Origin: an uncultured Acidimicrobiales bacterium
GTDB taxonomy: Bacteria; Actinomycetota; Acidimicrobiia; Acidimicrobiales; VFJN01
NCBI GenBank assembly: GCA_963739835.1
Contig: CAVUBW010000006.1
Span: forward strand, 75,790-139,789
Length of the DNA: 64,000 nucleotides
Reading direction: 5' to 3'
Shown: positions 37,910 through 47,050 of the stretch, piece by piece
How positions within the stretch are numbered: position 1 is the stretch's first letter
Layout: the number at the start of each line of letters is the position of its first letter
The notes under the pieces: generated by a model
Databases searched by the model: none
Told to the model about the DNA's origin: nothing
The model's input: the letters and a program-made list of their open reading frames with translations, nothing else
Translations under genes and position numbers: made by a program

Positions 37910-39292
37910 TTGCGTACCCGCCTTCGGCCCGCGACGTACGCTCCCGGGATGGCCGCCGCCTCGCTGTCCGCTCGCGCCTCGTGGTCGAATTGGGCGCGCA
38001 ACCAATCCTGCGCCCCCGTCGAGGTCCGGCGGCCGGCCAGCGAGGGCGAGCTGGTCGAGATCGTCAAGCAGGCCGCCGCCGGGGGGCAGCGGGTCAAGGC
38101 CGTGGGGGCCGGGCACAGCTTCACCTCGATCGCGTGCACCGACGGGGTGCTGCTCGACCTGTCCGGGTACGGGCGGGTGCTCGACCACGACACGGCGACC
38201 GGGCGGGTGACCGTCGAGGCGGGCATCCCGTTGCACCGGCTGTCCGACGAGCTGGACGCCCGGGGCCTCGCGCTCGAGAACATGGGCGACATCGATCGCC
38301 AGTCCATCGCCGGGGCGACCCAGACCGCCACGCACGGGACCGGTCTGCGATTTCGGAACCTGTCGTCGCAGATCGTCGGGCTGCGGCTCGTCACCGGCGA
38401 CGGCTCGGTGATCGAGGCCAGCGCGCCCGAGCTCGGGGGCGAGAACGCCGACGTGTTCGCCGCCGCCCGGGTCGGGCTCGGGGCGCTCGGGCTGCTGTCG
38501 ACCGTCACCTTGCAGTGCGTGCCCGCCTTCCGCCTGCACGCGGTCGAGGAGCCGGTGCCGCTCGACGAGGTGCTGGCCGACCTCGAGGACCTGTTCGCCG
38601 AGAACGACCACTACGAGTTCTACTGGGTACCCCACACCCGCTGGGCGCTCACCAAGCGCAACCGCCGCACGGACGAGGCGGCCCGGCCCCGGCCCCGGGT
38701 GCGCGAGTGGGTCGACGACATGGCGCTCAACAACTACGCCTTCGGGGTCCTGTGCCGGGCCGGGCGCTGGCGGCCCAGCCTGATCCCGCGGCTGGCCAAG
38801 ATCATCCCGAACACCGGGCGCCTCGACTACGTCGACCGGTCCGACCGGGTGTTCACCAGCCCGCGCACGGTCCGCTTCTACGAGATGGAGTACGCCGTCC
38901 CCCGCGAGGCGCTGCCCGAGGCGCTCGGCCGCATACGCCGGCTGGTCGACGAGATCGGGATGCGCATCAGCTTCCCGGTCGAGGTGCGGGCCGTCGCCCC
39001 GGACGACATCCCGCTGTCGACCGCCTACGGGCGGGAGACCGGCTACATCGCCGTGCACGTCTACCAGGGGACCCCCTACGACGCCTACTTCTCCGGCGTC
39101 GAACGGATCATGGACGGCTACGGCGGGCGGCCGCACTGGGGCAAGATGCACTTCCAGCGGTCCGAGACGCTGGCGCCGCGCTATCCCCTGTGGGACGAGT
39201 TCCAAAAGGTGCGCGCCCGGCTCGATCCCGAGGGACGATTTGCCAATCCCTATCTCGATCGGGTCCTGGGGCCGGTTCTTTCGTCTGAGTGA
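37910..39292 (+). CDS. FAD-linked D-arabinono-/L-gulono-1,4-lactone oxidase family oxidoreductase
   Basis: SWSNWARNQSCAPVEVRRPASEGELVEIVKQAAAGGQRVKAVGAGHSFTS...GATQTATHGTG...RPHWGKMHF...RFANPYLDRVLG. The true start may be the ATG at 37949. Confidence 0.85.
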   Translation: MRTRLRPATYAPGMAAASLSARASWSNWARNQSCAPVEVRRPASEGELVEIVKQAAAGGQRVKAVGAGHSFTSIACTDGVLLDLSGYGRVLDHDTATGRVTVEAGIPLHRLSDELDARGLALENMGDIDRQSIAGATQTATHGTGLRFRNLSSQIVGLRLVTGDGSVIEASAPELGGENADVFAAARVGLGALGLLSTVTLQCVPAFRLHAVEEPVPLDEVLADLEDLFAENDHYEFYWVPHTRWALTKRNRRTDEAARPRPRVREWVDDMALNNYAFGVLCRAGRWRPSLIPRLAKIIPNTGRLDYVDRSDRVFTSPRTVRFYEMEYAVPREALPEALGRIRRLVDEIGMRISFPVEVRAVAPDDIPLSTAYGRETGYIAVHVYQGTPYDAYFSGVERIMDGYGGRPHWGKMHFQRSETLAPRYPLWDEFQKVRARLDPEGRFANPYLDRVLGPVLSSE

Positions 39293-39376
39293 GGACTTGA
39301 CCGCGATCTGCGCGTTATCACGTTGATATTGTGTGCTAGCAGGGAAAAAGCCTCCCCGGAGTCTTGACCACAGTCG

Positions 39377-42196
39377 TTGCCGTGCGGCACCGTGCCGTGG
39401 GCGGACTTCTCTGGGAAGGGGAGGGTGATTTCGGGGGATCGAGCGCGCCGGAGTGAAACCATCGTAGCTGGGGTCGGCCTGGTGCTGACCGCGCTGTCTG
39501 CGGTCGTCTTAGCGCTCTTCGTAGCCGGCATGCCGGCGTTGCCTGGCGCGCCCCTGGAGATCTCGGGCCTGTGGCTCGCGCTCGCCTTCTTCGCCTGCGA
39601 GCTGTTCGCATTGCGGGTCGAGCGCAACCAGGGCGAGTCCTACGGCTTCACGCTCGCCCAGGTCCCGCTCGCCGTCGGGCTGGTCTACGCCGTGCCCGGA
39701 CCCCTCGTGGTTGCCCGGGTCGTGGGCGTGCTGGCGGCGATCGTCGTGATCCGCCACCGGCGGCTGGTCGAGGTCCCCTACGAGGTCGCGGTCCACGCCG
39801 GTCAGACGGCGGTGGCGATCATCGTGTTCCGGCTCGTTCTCGGCGACGCCGATCCCGTCGCGGTCCAGGGGGCGTTCGCCCTGGCCACCGCCCTGTTCGC
39901 CTCCTACCTCGCCGCGGCCGTGGCGCTGGCGGCGCTCGTGTCGGTGGTCGGCCGGCGATGGCCCAGCCGGCGGGCCGTGTTCGCCATCGCCCGCACGGGC
40001 TCGGTCGCCGCCATCCTCAACGCCGCGATCGGCATCGGGCTTGCCACGACGCTGTGGGACCACCCCCACGTCGGCCTGCTGATCACCGCCATCGTGGTCG
40101 CCTGCCTGGCTTCGAACCGCATGTACAGCGGCCTCGCCGAGCGCCACCGGCGGCTGGAGACCCACTTCGAGTTCGTCTCGTCGGTGGTGCGCTCGGCCGA
40201 GCTGTCCGAGATCACCGACTCGGTGCTCGACGCCGCCCGCAAGCTGCTGCGGGCCGACGACGCCGCCCTGCTGCTCCGCTACGACGAGGACGAGCCGGCG
40301 CGGCGCATCGTCGTCGGCCACCACGGGCGCTCCCACGCCGAGGTCTCCGCCGCCGACCACCAGGCCGACCTGGCCGTGCTCATGCCCGCGGGCCTGCCGT
40401 GCCGGGTCGACGTCGAGACCGGCCCGGCCTGGCTCGCCGACCTCACCCGCTTCACCGCGCTGGCCGCCCCGATCACCGGCGCGGACCACGCAGTCATCGG
40501 CGCCCTGGTGGTCACGCAGACCCGGCGCAAGGCCGTGAACTGGTTCGGCGACGACCACGCCACTTTGCTCGGCAGTTTGGCCGACCAGGCGTCGATCGCC
40601 ATCGAGAACGGCGTCCTGTTCCACCGCCTCGCCCGGGAGGCGGCCGAGCGGGCGCACCAGGCCCTGCACGACCCGCTGACCGGCCTGCCCAACCGGGCCG
40701 CGCTGAGCGACATGCTCGAGGACTGCACCCGGGCGGCCTACGAGTCCCGGGGGCTGGTCGGGCTGATCGTCGTCGACGTCGACTCGTTCAGCCAGGTGGT
40801 CGACGCCTTCGGGCACCGCAGCTCCGACGGGCTGCTGATCCAGGCCTGCTCGCGCATCCGGGGGCTGCTGCCCGAGTCGGCCCAGCTCGCCCGGCTCGGC
40901 GGCGAGCAATTCGCCGTCGTCATGCCCGACGTGACCAGCGCCGAGGAGGTGGTGGGCGCGGCGCGCCTGCTGATCGCCGGCTTCGACCCGCCGTTCCAGA
41001 CCGAGGGCGTGCTGCTGGCGCTCGGCGTCAACGTCGGCATCGCCGTCTACCCGCAGCAGGCGATCGACACGCAGTCGCTGATCCAGCGGGCCCACATCGC
41101 GGCCGACACCGCCCGCCGCCACCGCAGCGGCTGGGAGATGTACGACCCCACCCACGACCCGGCGACGCCCCGCCGCCTGGCCCTGGCCGCCGACCTGCGC
41201 GAGGCGCTCGAGGGCGACGGGCTCGACGTGTGCTTCCAGCCCAAGGTCGAGCTGTCGACGGGCATCGTGCGGGGCGCCGAGGCGCTCGTCCGCTGGAACC
41301 ACCCCCGGCTCGGTCGGGTGCGGCCCGACGAGTTCATCACGATCGCCGAGCACACCGGCGACATCCGGGCGCTGACGATGGTCGTGATGCGCAAGGCGCT
41401 CACCCAGTGCCGCAACTGGCGCGACGACGGCCTCGACATGTCGGTGGCGGTCAACCTCTCGGCCCGCAATCTGCTCGACCTCCACCTGGTCGACGACGTG
41501 GCCGCGGTGATCGAGGAGGCGGGCATCCCGCCCTCGTCGCTCACGCTGGAGCTGACCGAGTCGGTGGTCATGAGCGAGTCGCCGCGCTCGGTCGACGTCC
41601 TCTACGGGCTCAACGACCTGGGTGTGCGGCTGTCGTGCGACGACTTCGGCACCGGCTACTCGTCGCTGGCCCACCTGCGGCGCCTGCCGATCTGCGAGAT
41701 CAAGATCGACAAGTCGTTCATCGCCCGCATGACCGTCGACGAGAGCGACCAGGCCATCGCGCGCTCGGTGCTGGCGCTCGGGCGCGACCTCGGGCTCGTC
41801 ACCGTGGCCGAGGGCGTCGAGTCCCGCGAGGGCTGGGACATGCTCACCGCCCTCGGCTGCGACCAGGGCCAGGGCTTCGTGGTCTGCCCGCCGCTCAACG
41901 CCAGCCAGTTCTACGAGTGGCTCTACCGGCGCCAGCCCGACGAGTTCGCCTACCTGCCCGGACGGGGCCCCGAGGCCGAGCTGGCCGCCGAGGCCGTGGC
42001 CGAGGCCCGGCCCGAGCCGGCGGAGGCCGACCAGCCGCTCCTGCTGACGATCAGCGATGGGCACTCGCCCGGCAACGGCCACGGCGCCGATGCGTCGGAC
42101 GACCGCGACGACGGCAGCGCCGACGACGAGGCCGACATCAGCGTGGTCGTGGACGCGATCGTGGCCGAGATGGCCGCAACGCCCCCGGACGACTGA
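39377..42196 (+). CDS. Membrane-bound GAF-GGDEF-EAL c-di-GMP turnover protein
   Basis: 939 aa, uninterrupted: ~7 TM helices, a GAF-like segment, DPLTGLPNRAAL...ARLGGEQFAVVM (GGEQF variant of GGDEF), EALVRWNHP...LELTESVV...DDFGTGYSSLAHL...KIDKSF...AEGVES...QGQGF (EAL), and an acidic tail. The start may be the GTG at 39425. Confidence 0.9.
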   Translation: MPCGTVPWADFSGKGRVISGDRARRSETIVAGVGLVLTALSAVVLALFVAGMPALPGAPLEISGLWLALAFFACELFALRVERNQGESYGFTLAQVPLAVGLVYAVPGPLVVARVVGVLAAIVVIRHRRLVEVPYEVAVHAGQTAVAIIVFRLVLGDADPVAVQGAFALATALFASYLAAAVALAALVSVVGRRWPSRRAVFAIARTGSVAAILNAAIGIGLATTLWDHPHVGLLITAIVVACLASNRMYSGLAERHRRLETHFEFVSSVVRSAELSEITDSVLDAARKLLRADDAALLLRYDEDEPARRIVVGHHGRSHAEVSAADHQADLAVLMPAGLPCRVDVETGPAWLADLTRFTALAAPITGADHAVIGALVVTQTRRKAVNWFGDDHATLLGSLADQASIAIENGVLFHRLAREAAERAHQALHDPLTGLPNRAALSDMLEDCTRAAYESRGLVGLIVVDVDSFSQVVDAFGHRSSDGLLIQACSRIRGLLPESAQLARLGGEQFAVVMPDVTSAEEVVGAARLLIAGFDPPFQTEGVLLALGVNVGIAVYPQQAIDTQSLIQRAHIAADTARRHRSGWEMYDPTHDPATPRRLALAADLREALEGDGLDVCFQPKVELSTGIVRGAEALVRWNHPRLGRVRPDEFITIAEHTGDIRALTMVVMRKALTQCRNWRDDGLDMSVAVNLSARNLLDLHLVDDVAAVIEEAGIPPSSLTLELTESVVMSESPRSVDVLYGLNDLGVRLSCDDFGTGYSSLAHLRRLPICEIKIDKSFIARMTVDESDQAIARSVLALGRDLGLVTVAEGVESREGWDMLTALGCDQGQGFVVCPPLNASQFYEWLYRRQPDEFAYLPGRGPEAELAAEAVAEARPEPAEADQPLLLTISDGHSPGNGHGADASDDRDDGSADDEADISVVVDAIVAEMAATPPDD

Positions 42197-42200
42197 CCCG

Positions 42201-42932
42201 CTAGACCAGCGGCCACGGATGGCGGCGCCCGGTGGTGTCGCGGGGGAACCGCCCGCGTGTGACCACCCCGGCGGCCCGTTCCACCAGCGCCTCGCACTCG
42301 CACGGCGACAGCAGCTCGGCCAGCCCTTCGGGCGGCCCGCCCTCGGCGAGCCGGAGGGCGCTGGCGAGCAGCGGATCGGGGATGCGGTCGCCGGCGAAGT
42401 CCCAGATCACCGTGCGCAGCTTGGGCTCGTCGTGGAACGTGAGCCCGTTGTCGACCGCCCACAGCTGCCCGTCCTCCCCGGCCAGGCAGTGGCCACCCTT
42501 GCGGTCCGCGCTGTTGGCCAGCAGGTCGAAGCAGCAGATCGTGCGCAGGGCGTCGTGACGCTCCGGTTCCTCGATCAGGGTGAAGTAATGGGCGTCCACG
42601 TCGAAGGGGACGTAGCGCTGGAGCGATCCGACGCCGAACGGCATCCGGGCGTCGTCCCGCAGGACCGTCTCGGGGACGATGTCCCAGCCCAGCCACGCCG
42701 ACAGCTCGTAGGCGGCGACCTCCCGGCGGTCGAGGCCGGCGGGGAAGTCCCACAGCGGCCGCTCGCCCCGCCGCGGCTTGTACACCGCCAGCAGTGTCTC
42801 GCCGTCGTGGCGGACCTCGACGAGGAGGGTGGCGTTCGAGCTCCAGGGCATGCGGCCCATGACCTCGACCTCGCCGGCGCGGAGGATGTCGAGCACGGGC
42901 GGGCTCGGCGGCGTCAGTTCATCCTCGGACAT
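42201..42932 (-). CDS. SCO1664-family protein (PI3/4-kinase-like fold)
   Basis: 243 aa: MGRMPWSSNATLLVEV...AVYKPRRGERPLWDFPAGLDRREVAAYELSAWLGWDIVPETVL...NSADRKGGHCL...WAVDNGLTFH. Confidence 0.8.
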   Translation of the reverse strand: MSEDELTPPSPPVLDILRAGEVEVMGRMPWSSNATLLVEVRHDGETLLAVYKPRRGERPLWDFPAGLDRREVAAYELSAWLGWDIVPETVLRDDARMPFGVGSLQRYVPFDVDAHYFTLIEEPERHDALRTICCFDLLANSADRKGGHCLAGEDGQLWAVDNGLTFHDEPKLRTVIWDFAGDRIPDPLLASALRLAEGGPPEGLAELLSPCECEALVERAAGVVTRGRFPRDTTGRRHPWPLV

Positions 42933-43390
42933 GCGTGACCGTCGGGGTCGATGGGCAGCCCGCAGAAGCCGCAGTCGGGACGGCCCTTCGCCACCAGGTC
43001 GAGCGCGAACCGCCCGAACGCCGCCGCCTGCGGCAGCGTGAAGCAGAACCGGGCGGTCGCGGGCTTATCGTCTTCCTCGGTCAGCTCCTCCAGCACCACG
43101 ACGATGCGGCCCTCGGGCTCGTCGTACTTCACGCCGATCGAGCCGACGTTCCAGGCGTACGGCAGCGGGGTGACCGCGCCGTGGCCCTCGGTCGGCTCGA
43201 CGTCGGGCGAGAGGTCGTCCAGCAGGGCGAGGAGGTACTCGCCCAGCGCCGCGACCTGCTGCTTCTCGCAGCGGAGGTAGACGAGGCCGCCCGAGTCGCC
43301 GCCGGCCAGGAAGAACACCCGCTGGCCGGGCGGGCCCTCCGCGCCGGGCCAGAACACCTCGGCGCGGGGGAAGTCGTACGACTCGCCCAT
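42914..43390 (-). CDS. DUF3090 family protein
   Basis: MGESYDFPRAEVFWPGAEGPPGQRVFFLAGGDSGGLVYLRCEKQQVAALGEYLLALLDDL...GRPDCGFCGLPIDPDGHACPRMN. The ATG at 43390 is 2 nt after the upstream stop, and the gene overlaps the next gene by 19 nt. Confidence 0.8.
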   Translation of the reverse strand: MGESYDFPRAEVFWPGAEGPPGQRVFFLAGGDSGGLVYLRCEKQQVAALGEYLLALLDDLSPDVEPTEGHGAVTPLPYAWNVGSIGVKYDEPEGRIVVVLEELTEEDDKPATARFCFTLPQAAAFGRFALDLVAKGRPDCGFCGLPIDPDGHACPRMN

Positions 43391-43392
43391 CG

Positions 43393-44139
43393 TCACGCGG
43401 GCACCAGGGCCGTGGCCGGGCCCGTCGCGTTCACGGTGAGGACGGTCGGGCCGCCGTCGCCGAAGACGATGGCGGTCAGCGAGCACGGCGACACCACCAC
43501 CCGCTGGAACATGTCGAGGTGGCTGCCCATGGCGTGGGACACGACGGCCCGGATCGGGTCGGCGTGCGACACCGCCACGACCGCCTGGCCGGGGTGCGCG
43601 GCCCGCATGCGGTCGAGCGCAGCGAGCACACGGGTCTGCATCGCGAGGAACGACTCGCCGCCCGGGAATGTGAAGCCGCTCGGGTAGCGCTGGACGGTGG
43701 CCCACTCGGGGCGCTTCATGGCCACCTTGAGCTCCATGCCCGTCCAGTCGCCGATGTCGAGCTCGACCAGGCCCTCGTCCACCCGGATGTCGTGGCCGAG
43801 CGCCGCGGCGATCGGGGCGGCGGTCTCCCGTGTGCGCTCCAGCGGCGAGGCGTACACCGCCGCGATCGGCAGGCCCCGCGACTTCTTGTCGCCGTCGGCC
43901 GCGGCGCCGTCGGGCGCCGGCGGGTGGGCCAGCGCCAGGATGCGGGCGGCCACGTCGTCGGCCTGGCGGCGGCCCACGTCGGACAGGTGCAGCCCCGGGG
44001 CGCGGCCGGGCAACTCGCGGCCGGTGGTGGGCGTGGTGCCGTGGCGCACGAGCAGGACGGTGGTGGCGGTGGGTGCCCGCCGCCGCCCGCCCGGGCGCCG
44101 TTCGGTCCGCGTCGTGCTGCTGCGGTCTGCTCGGGGCAT
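43393..44139 (-). CDS. Histidine-phosphatase-superfamily putative phosphomutase (MSMEG_4193 family)
   Basis: 248 aa: VLLVRHGTTPTTGRELPGR...ASPLERTRETAAPIA...VAVSHADPIRAVV. Confidence 0.8.
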   Translation of the reverse strand: MPRADRSSTTRTERRPGGRRRAPTATTVLLVRHGTTPTTGRELPGRAPGLHLSDVGRRQADDVAARILALAHPPAPDGAAADGDKKSRGLPIAAVYASPLERTRETAAPIAAALGHDIRVDEGLVELDIGDWTGMELKVAMKRPEWATVQRYPSGFTFPGGESFLAMQTRVLAALDRMRAAHPGQAVVAVSHADPIRAVVSHAMGSHLDMFQRVVVSPCSLTAIVFGDGGPTVLTVNATGPATALVPA

Positions 44140-44166
44140 CGCCGAAACAACCTATCGTCGCCCGGC

Positions 44167-44886
44167 GTGGATGAGCTGACCGCCCTCGCCCGCCTGGAGG
44201 ACGAGGTCGTCGCATGCCGCGCGTGCCCCCGGCTCGTGGCCTGGCGGGAGCAGGTGGGTGCCGAGCGCCGGGCCGCGTTCCGGGACGAGGAGTACTGGGC
44301 CCGGCCCGTGCCCGGCTTCGGCGACCCCGCCGCCCGGGTGGCGATCGTGGGCCTGGCGCCGGCGGCGCACGGCGCCAACCGCACGGGGCGCATGTTCACC
44401 GGCGACCGCTCGGGCGACTTCCTCTACGCCGCGCTGTGGCGGACCGGGTTCGCCAACCAGCCGACGTCGCGCCACCGGGACGACGGCCTGGCTCTGCGCG
44501 GGGCGTGGATCACCGCCCCCGTGCGGTGCGCCCCGCCGGCCAACAAGCCGACCCCGGACGAGCGCGACCGCTGCCGCCCGTTCCTGGTGGCCGAGCTGGC
44601 GCTGCTCAGCGAGCTGCGGGTGTTCGTGCCCCTCGGGCAGTTCGGCTACCAGGTGCTGTGCGGGGTGCTCGGGGTGCGGCCCCGGCCGGCGTTCGGCCAC
44701 GGCGCGGAGGTCCGGCTGCCCGGCGGGCGGGCGATCGTGGCCAGCTTCCACGTCAGCCAGCAGAACACCTTCACCGGCAAGCTCACCGAGCCCATGCTCG
44801 ACGCGGTGCTGCTCCGGGCGCGGGCGCTCGCCGGCCTCCCCTCCCCAGCGGAGGGTGCCGGCCCCGCTCCGGGGCGAGCGCGGTGA
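44167..44886 (+). CDS. udgB: Family 5 uracil-DNA glycosylase (UdgB-like)
   Basis: CRACPRLVAWRE...GLAPAAHGANRTGRMFTGDRSGDFLY...APVRCAPPANKPTPDERDRC...FHVSQQNTFTGKLT. The GLAPAAHGANRTGR motif is the family 5 hallmark. Confidence 0.85.
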   Translation: MDELTALARLEDEVVACRACPRLVAWREQVGAERRAAFRDEEYWARPVPGFGDPAARVAIVGLAPAAHGANRTGRMFTGDRSGDFLYAALWRTGFANQPTSRHRDDGLALRGAWITAPVRCAPPANKPTPDERDRCRPFLVAELALLSELRVFVPLGQFGYQVLCGVLGVRPRPAFGHGAEVRLPGGRAIVASFHVSQQNTFTGKLTEPMLDAVLLRARALAGLPSPAEGAGPAPGRAR

Positions 44887-44947
44887 TGGTCCGTCGGCGA
44901 CTAGTTTCGTCAGTCGTTCTCGTCCTCGCCGCGCACGGGGTAATTGC

Positions 44948-47050
44948 ATGACCTATTGCCTGGGCATCGACCTCGGCACCACCTACACGGCCGCTGCAGC
45001 CGAGCGCGCCGGCGTGGTCGAAGCGTTGACCCTGGGCAACCGCACCGCGTCCGTCCCGTCGGTCGTGTTCCTGCGCGACGACGGCGAGATCCTGGTCGGC
45101 GAGGCCGCCACCCGGCGGGCGGCGTCCGATCCCGGGCGCGTGGCCCGTGAGTTCAAGCGCCGGGTGGGCGACCCGACGCCGATCATCCTCGGTGGCACCC
45201 CGTACGCGGCCGAGATGCTCATGGCCCGGCTGCTGCGCTGGGCGGTCGACCGGGTGCGCGAGCAGCAGGGCGAGGACCCGCGCGCGATCGCGTTGACCCA
45301 TCCGGCGAACTGGGGGCCGTACAAGCTCGACCTGCTCCGCCAGGCGGTGCGCCAGGTCGACGTCGACGCCGCCCTGATGCTGGCCGAACCGGTGGCCGCG
45401 GCGACGTTCTACGCCTCGCAGCGCCGGCTCGTACCCGGGTCGGTCGTCGCCGTCTACGACCTGGGCGGCGGCACGTTCGACGCGGCGATGGTGCGGCGCA
45501 CCGACACCGGGTTCGACACGATCGGCACGCCCGAGGGGATCGAGCGGCTCGGCGGCATCGACTTCGACGAGGCGGTCTTCGCCCACGTGCGGGGCGCGGT
45601 GGGGGAGGGCCTGGAGCGGCTCGACCCGGAGGAGCCGGCGGCCCAGGCCGCGGTCGCCCGCCTGCGCCAGGAGTGCATCGACGCCAAGGAGGCGCTGTCG
45701 AGCGACACCGACGTGTCGATCCCCGTGCTCCTGCCGGGGCTGCAGACCGAGGTGCGGCTGACGCGCTCGGAGTTCGAGGCGATGATCCGGCCCGCGATCT
45801 CCGAGACGATCGTGGCGCTGCGCCGGGCGATCCGCTCGGCCGAGGTGGCGAACGACGACATCAGCGCCGTCCTCCTCGTGGGCGGCTCGTCGCGCATCCC
45901 CCTCGTCGCCCAGATGGTGGGGGCCGAGCTGGGGCGGCCCATCGCCATCGACGCCCACCCCAAGGACGCCATCGCCTTCGGCGCCGCGATCGCGGTCGCC
46001 AGCGACAAGGGCACGGCCACCCCGGAGTCGGTCACCACCGTCCTGCCGGACGCCACCCGCCCGCCCCCACCGACGATGGCCGCCCGCCCGGGCCCGGGCG
46101 ATCGCCGCCCGGCGCCGCCCCGCCCGGCGCCGCCCCGCCCGGCGCCCCCTCGCCCCGCACCGCCCATCGGCGCACCGCCCGCAGCGGCGGCCGGCGCGGC
46201 CGCCACCGGGTACCGCCCCCCACCGCCGCAGACGGGCGCACCGCCGCGCCCGGCGCCACCGGCGGGTGGGGCGGGCGCGCCCGTGCCCGCCAGTGCGCCC
46301 GCCGCCCGCACCGGCACGCCGCCGCCCGGCGGCGCGAGCCAACCTCCGGCGGCCGGCCCGGCTGCGCCCGGTGCCGCGCCGGCGCCCAGGCCCGCTCCGG
46401 CGCCCGGTCCCGCATCTGCGCCCGGTCCCGCGTCTCCACCGACGCCGTTGGCCGCCCGCCTCGCCGAGACGCAGGCGCCGCCCCGCCCGCCCCTTGCGCC
46501 ACCGGGGGGCGACGCCTTCGGCGCCCGGGGGCCAACCTCCGGCGAGCGGCCGCTGCCGACGCCTCCGCCCGCCCGCCCGCCCACCCCCATGCCCACGCCC
46601 ACCCCGTTCGGGCCCCTGCCGCGGGCCGGCGGGGCGCCGGGGGGCGTCGTGTCCTCCGGGGGGTACCGGCCTGCCGACGCCCCCGCGAACGTGCGGACCG
46701 GGGGCGGCCCCACCGCCTGGATCGTGGTCGGCGCCGCCGCGCTGGTGCTCGTCATCCTGCTGGCGGTGCTGCTCCTCGTGCGCAGCGGCGGTGGCGACAA
46801 GCCCAGCGACACCACCCTCGCCGCCGACGACTACAGCCCCGCGCTGCGCCGCAGCTTCGTCGCCACCTGCGTGAACCAGGCCGACGGCTCGGTGACCTCC
46901 GACCAGTGCGGTTGCACCTACGACAAGTTCGAGGCGACTGTGCCGTTCGACCGGTTCAAGGAGATCGACCAGGAGCTCAAGGCCGATCCCCAGAACCCGC
47001 CCCAGGAGCTGATCGACATCGTCCGCGAGTGCGTGTCGCCCACCGGCTGA
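44948..47050 (+). CDS. Hsp70-like (actin-fold ATPase) protein with Pro-rich linker, TM helix and C-terminal 4-Cys domain
   Basis: 700 aa, intact: MTYCLGIDLGTTYTAAA, VYDLGGGTFDAAMV, LLVGGSSRIPLV (DnaK NBD motifs) with no substrate-binding domain. Then ~240 aa of P/A/G-rich sequence including PAPPRPAPPRPAPPRPAPP, the TM helix AWIVVGAAALVLVILLAVLLLV, and YSPALRRSFVATCVNQ..CGCTYDKFEATVPFDRF..RECVSP. Confidence 0.85.
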   Translation: MTYCLGIDLGTTYTAAAAERAGVVEALTLGNRTASVPSVVFLRDDGEILVGEAATRRAASDPGRVAREFKRRVGDPTPIILGGTPYAAEMLMARLLRWAVDRVREQQGEDPRAIALTHPANWGPYKLDLLRQAVRQVDVDAALMLAEPVAAATFYASQRRLVPGSVVAVYDLGGGTFDAAMVRRTDTGFDTIGTPEGIERLGGIDFDEAVFAHVRGAVGEGLERLDPEEPAAQAAVARLRQECIDAKEALSSDTDVSIPVLLPGLQTEVRLTRSEFEAMIRPAISETIVALRRAIRSAEVANDDISAVLLVGGSSRIPLVAQMVGAELGRPIAIDAHPKDAIAFGAAIAVASDKGTATPESVTTVLPDATRPPPPTMAARPGPGDRRPAPPRPAPPRPAPPRPAPPIGAPPAAAAGAAATGYRPPPPQTGAPPRPAPPAGGAGAPVPASAPAARTGTPPPGGASQPPAAGPAAPGAAPAPRPAPAPGPASAPGPASPPTPLAARLAETQAPPRPPLAPPGGDAFGARGPTSGERPLPTPPPARPPTPMPTPTPFGPLPRAGGAPGGVVSSGGYRPADAPANVRTGGGPTAWIVVGAAALVLVILLAVLLLVRSGGGDKPSDTTLAADDYSPALRRSFVATCVNQADGSVTSDQCGCTYDKFEATVPFDRFKEIDQELKADPQNPPQELIDIVRECVSPTG

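Noticed and set aside
39293-39376. AT-richer spacer upstream of the GGDEF-EAL gene as a riboswitch (for example c-di-GMP) or sRNA
   Set aside because: I could not find the conserved GEMM-type or other riboswitch cores, or a convincing multi-stem fold. It is probably just a promoter/leader (a TTGACC is present), and there is too little evidence to call it.
39509-42082. 857-aa minus-strand ORF and the 877-aa +3 ORF overlapping the GGDEF-EAL gene. Similar long shadows occur at 2475..3395, 5101..6813, 6879..8381, 37832..39205, 44783..47164, 50101..51936 and 52719..55250.
   Set aside because: The translations are Arg/Gly/Pro/Asp-rich with no motifs, and they lie antisense or off-frame to genes with clear family signatures. 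These are typical stop-poor shadow frames of high-GC DNA.
46080-46640. Pro-rich GC-extreme stretch with PAPPR-type DNA repeats, and the overlapping ORFs 45454..46815 and 46032..46535, as separate genes or repeat elements
   Set aside because: It is the low-complexity linker of the intact Hsp70-like ORF. The overlapping ORFs are compositional artefacts.
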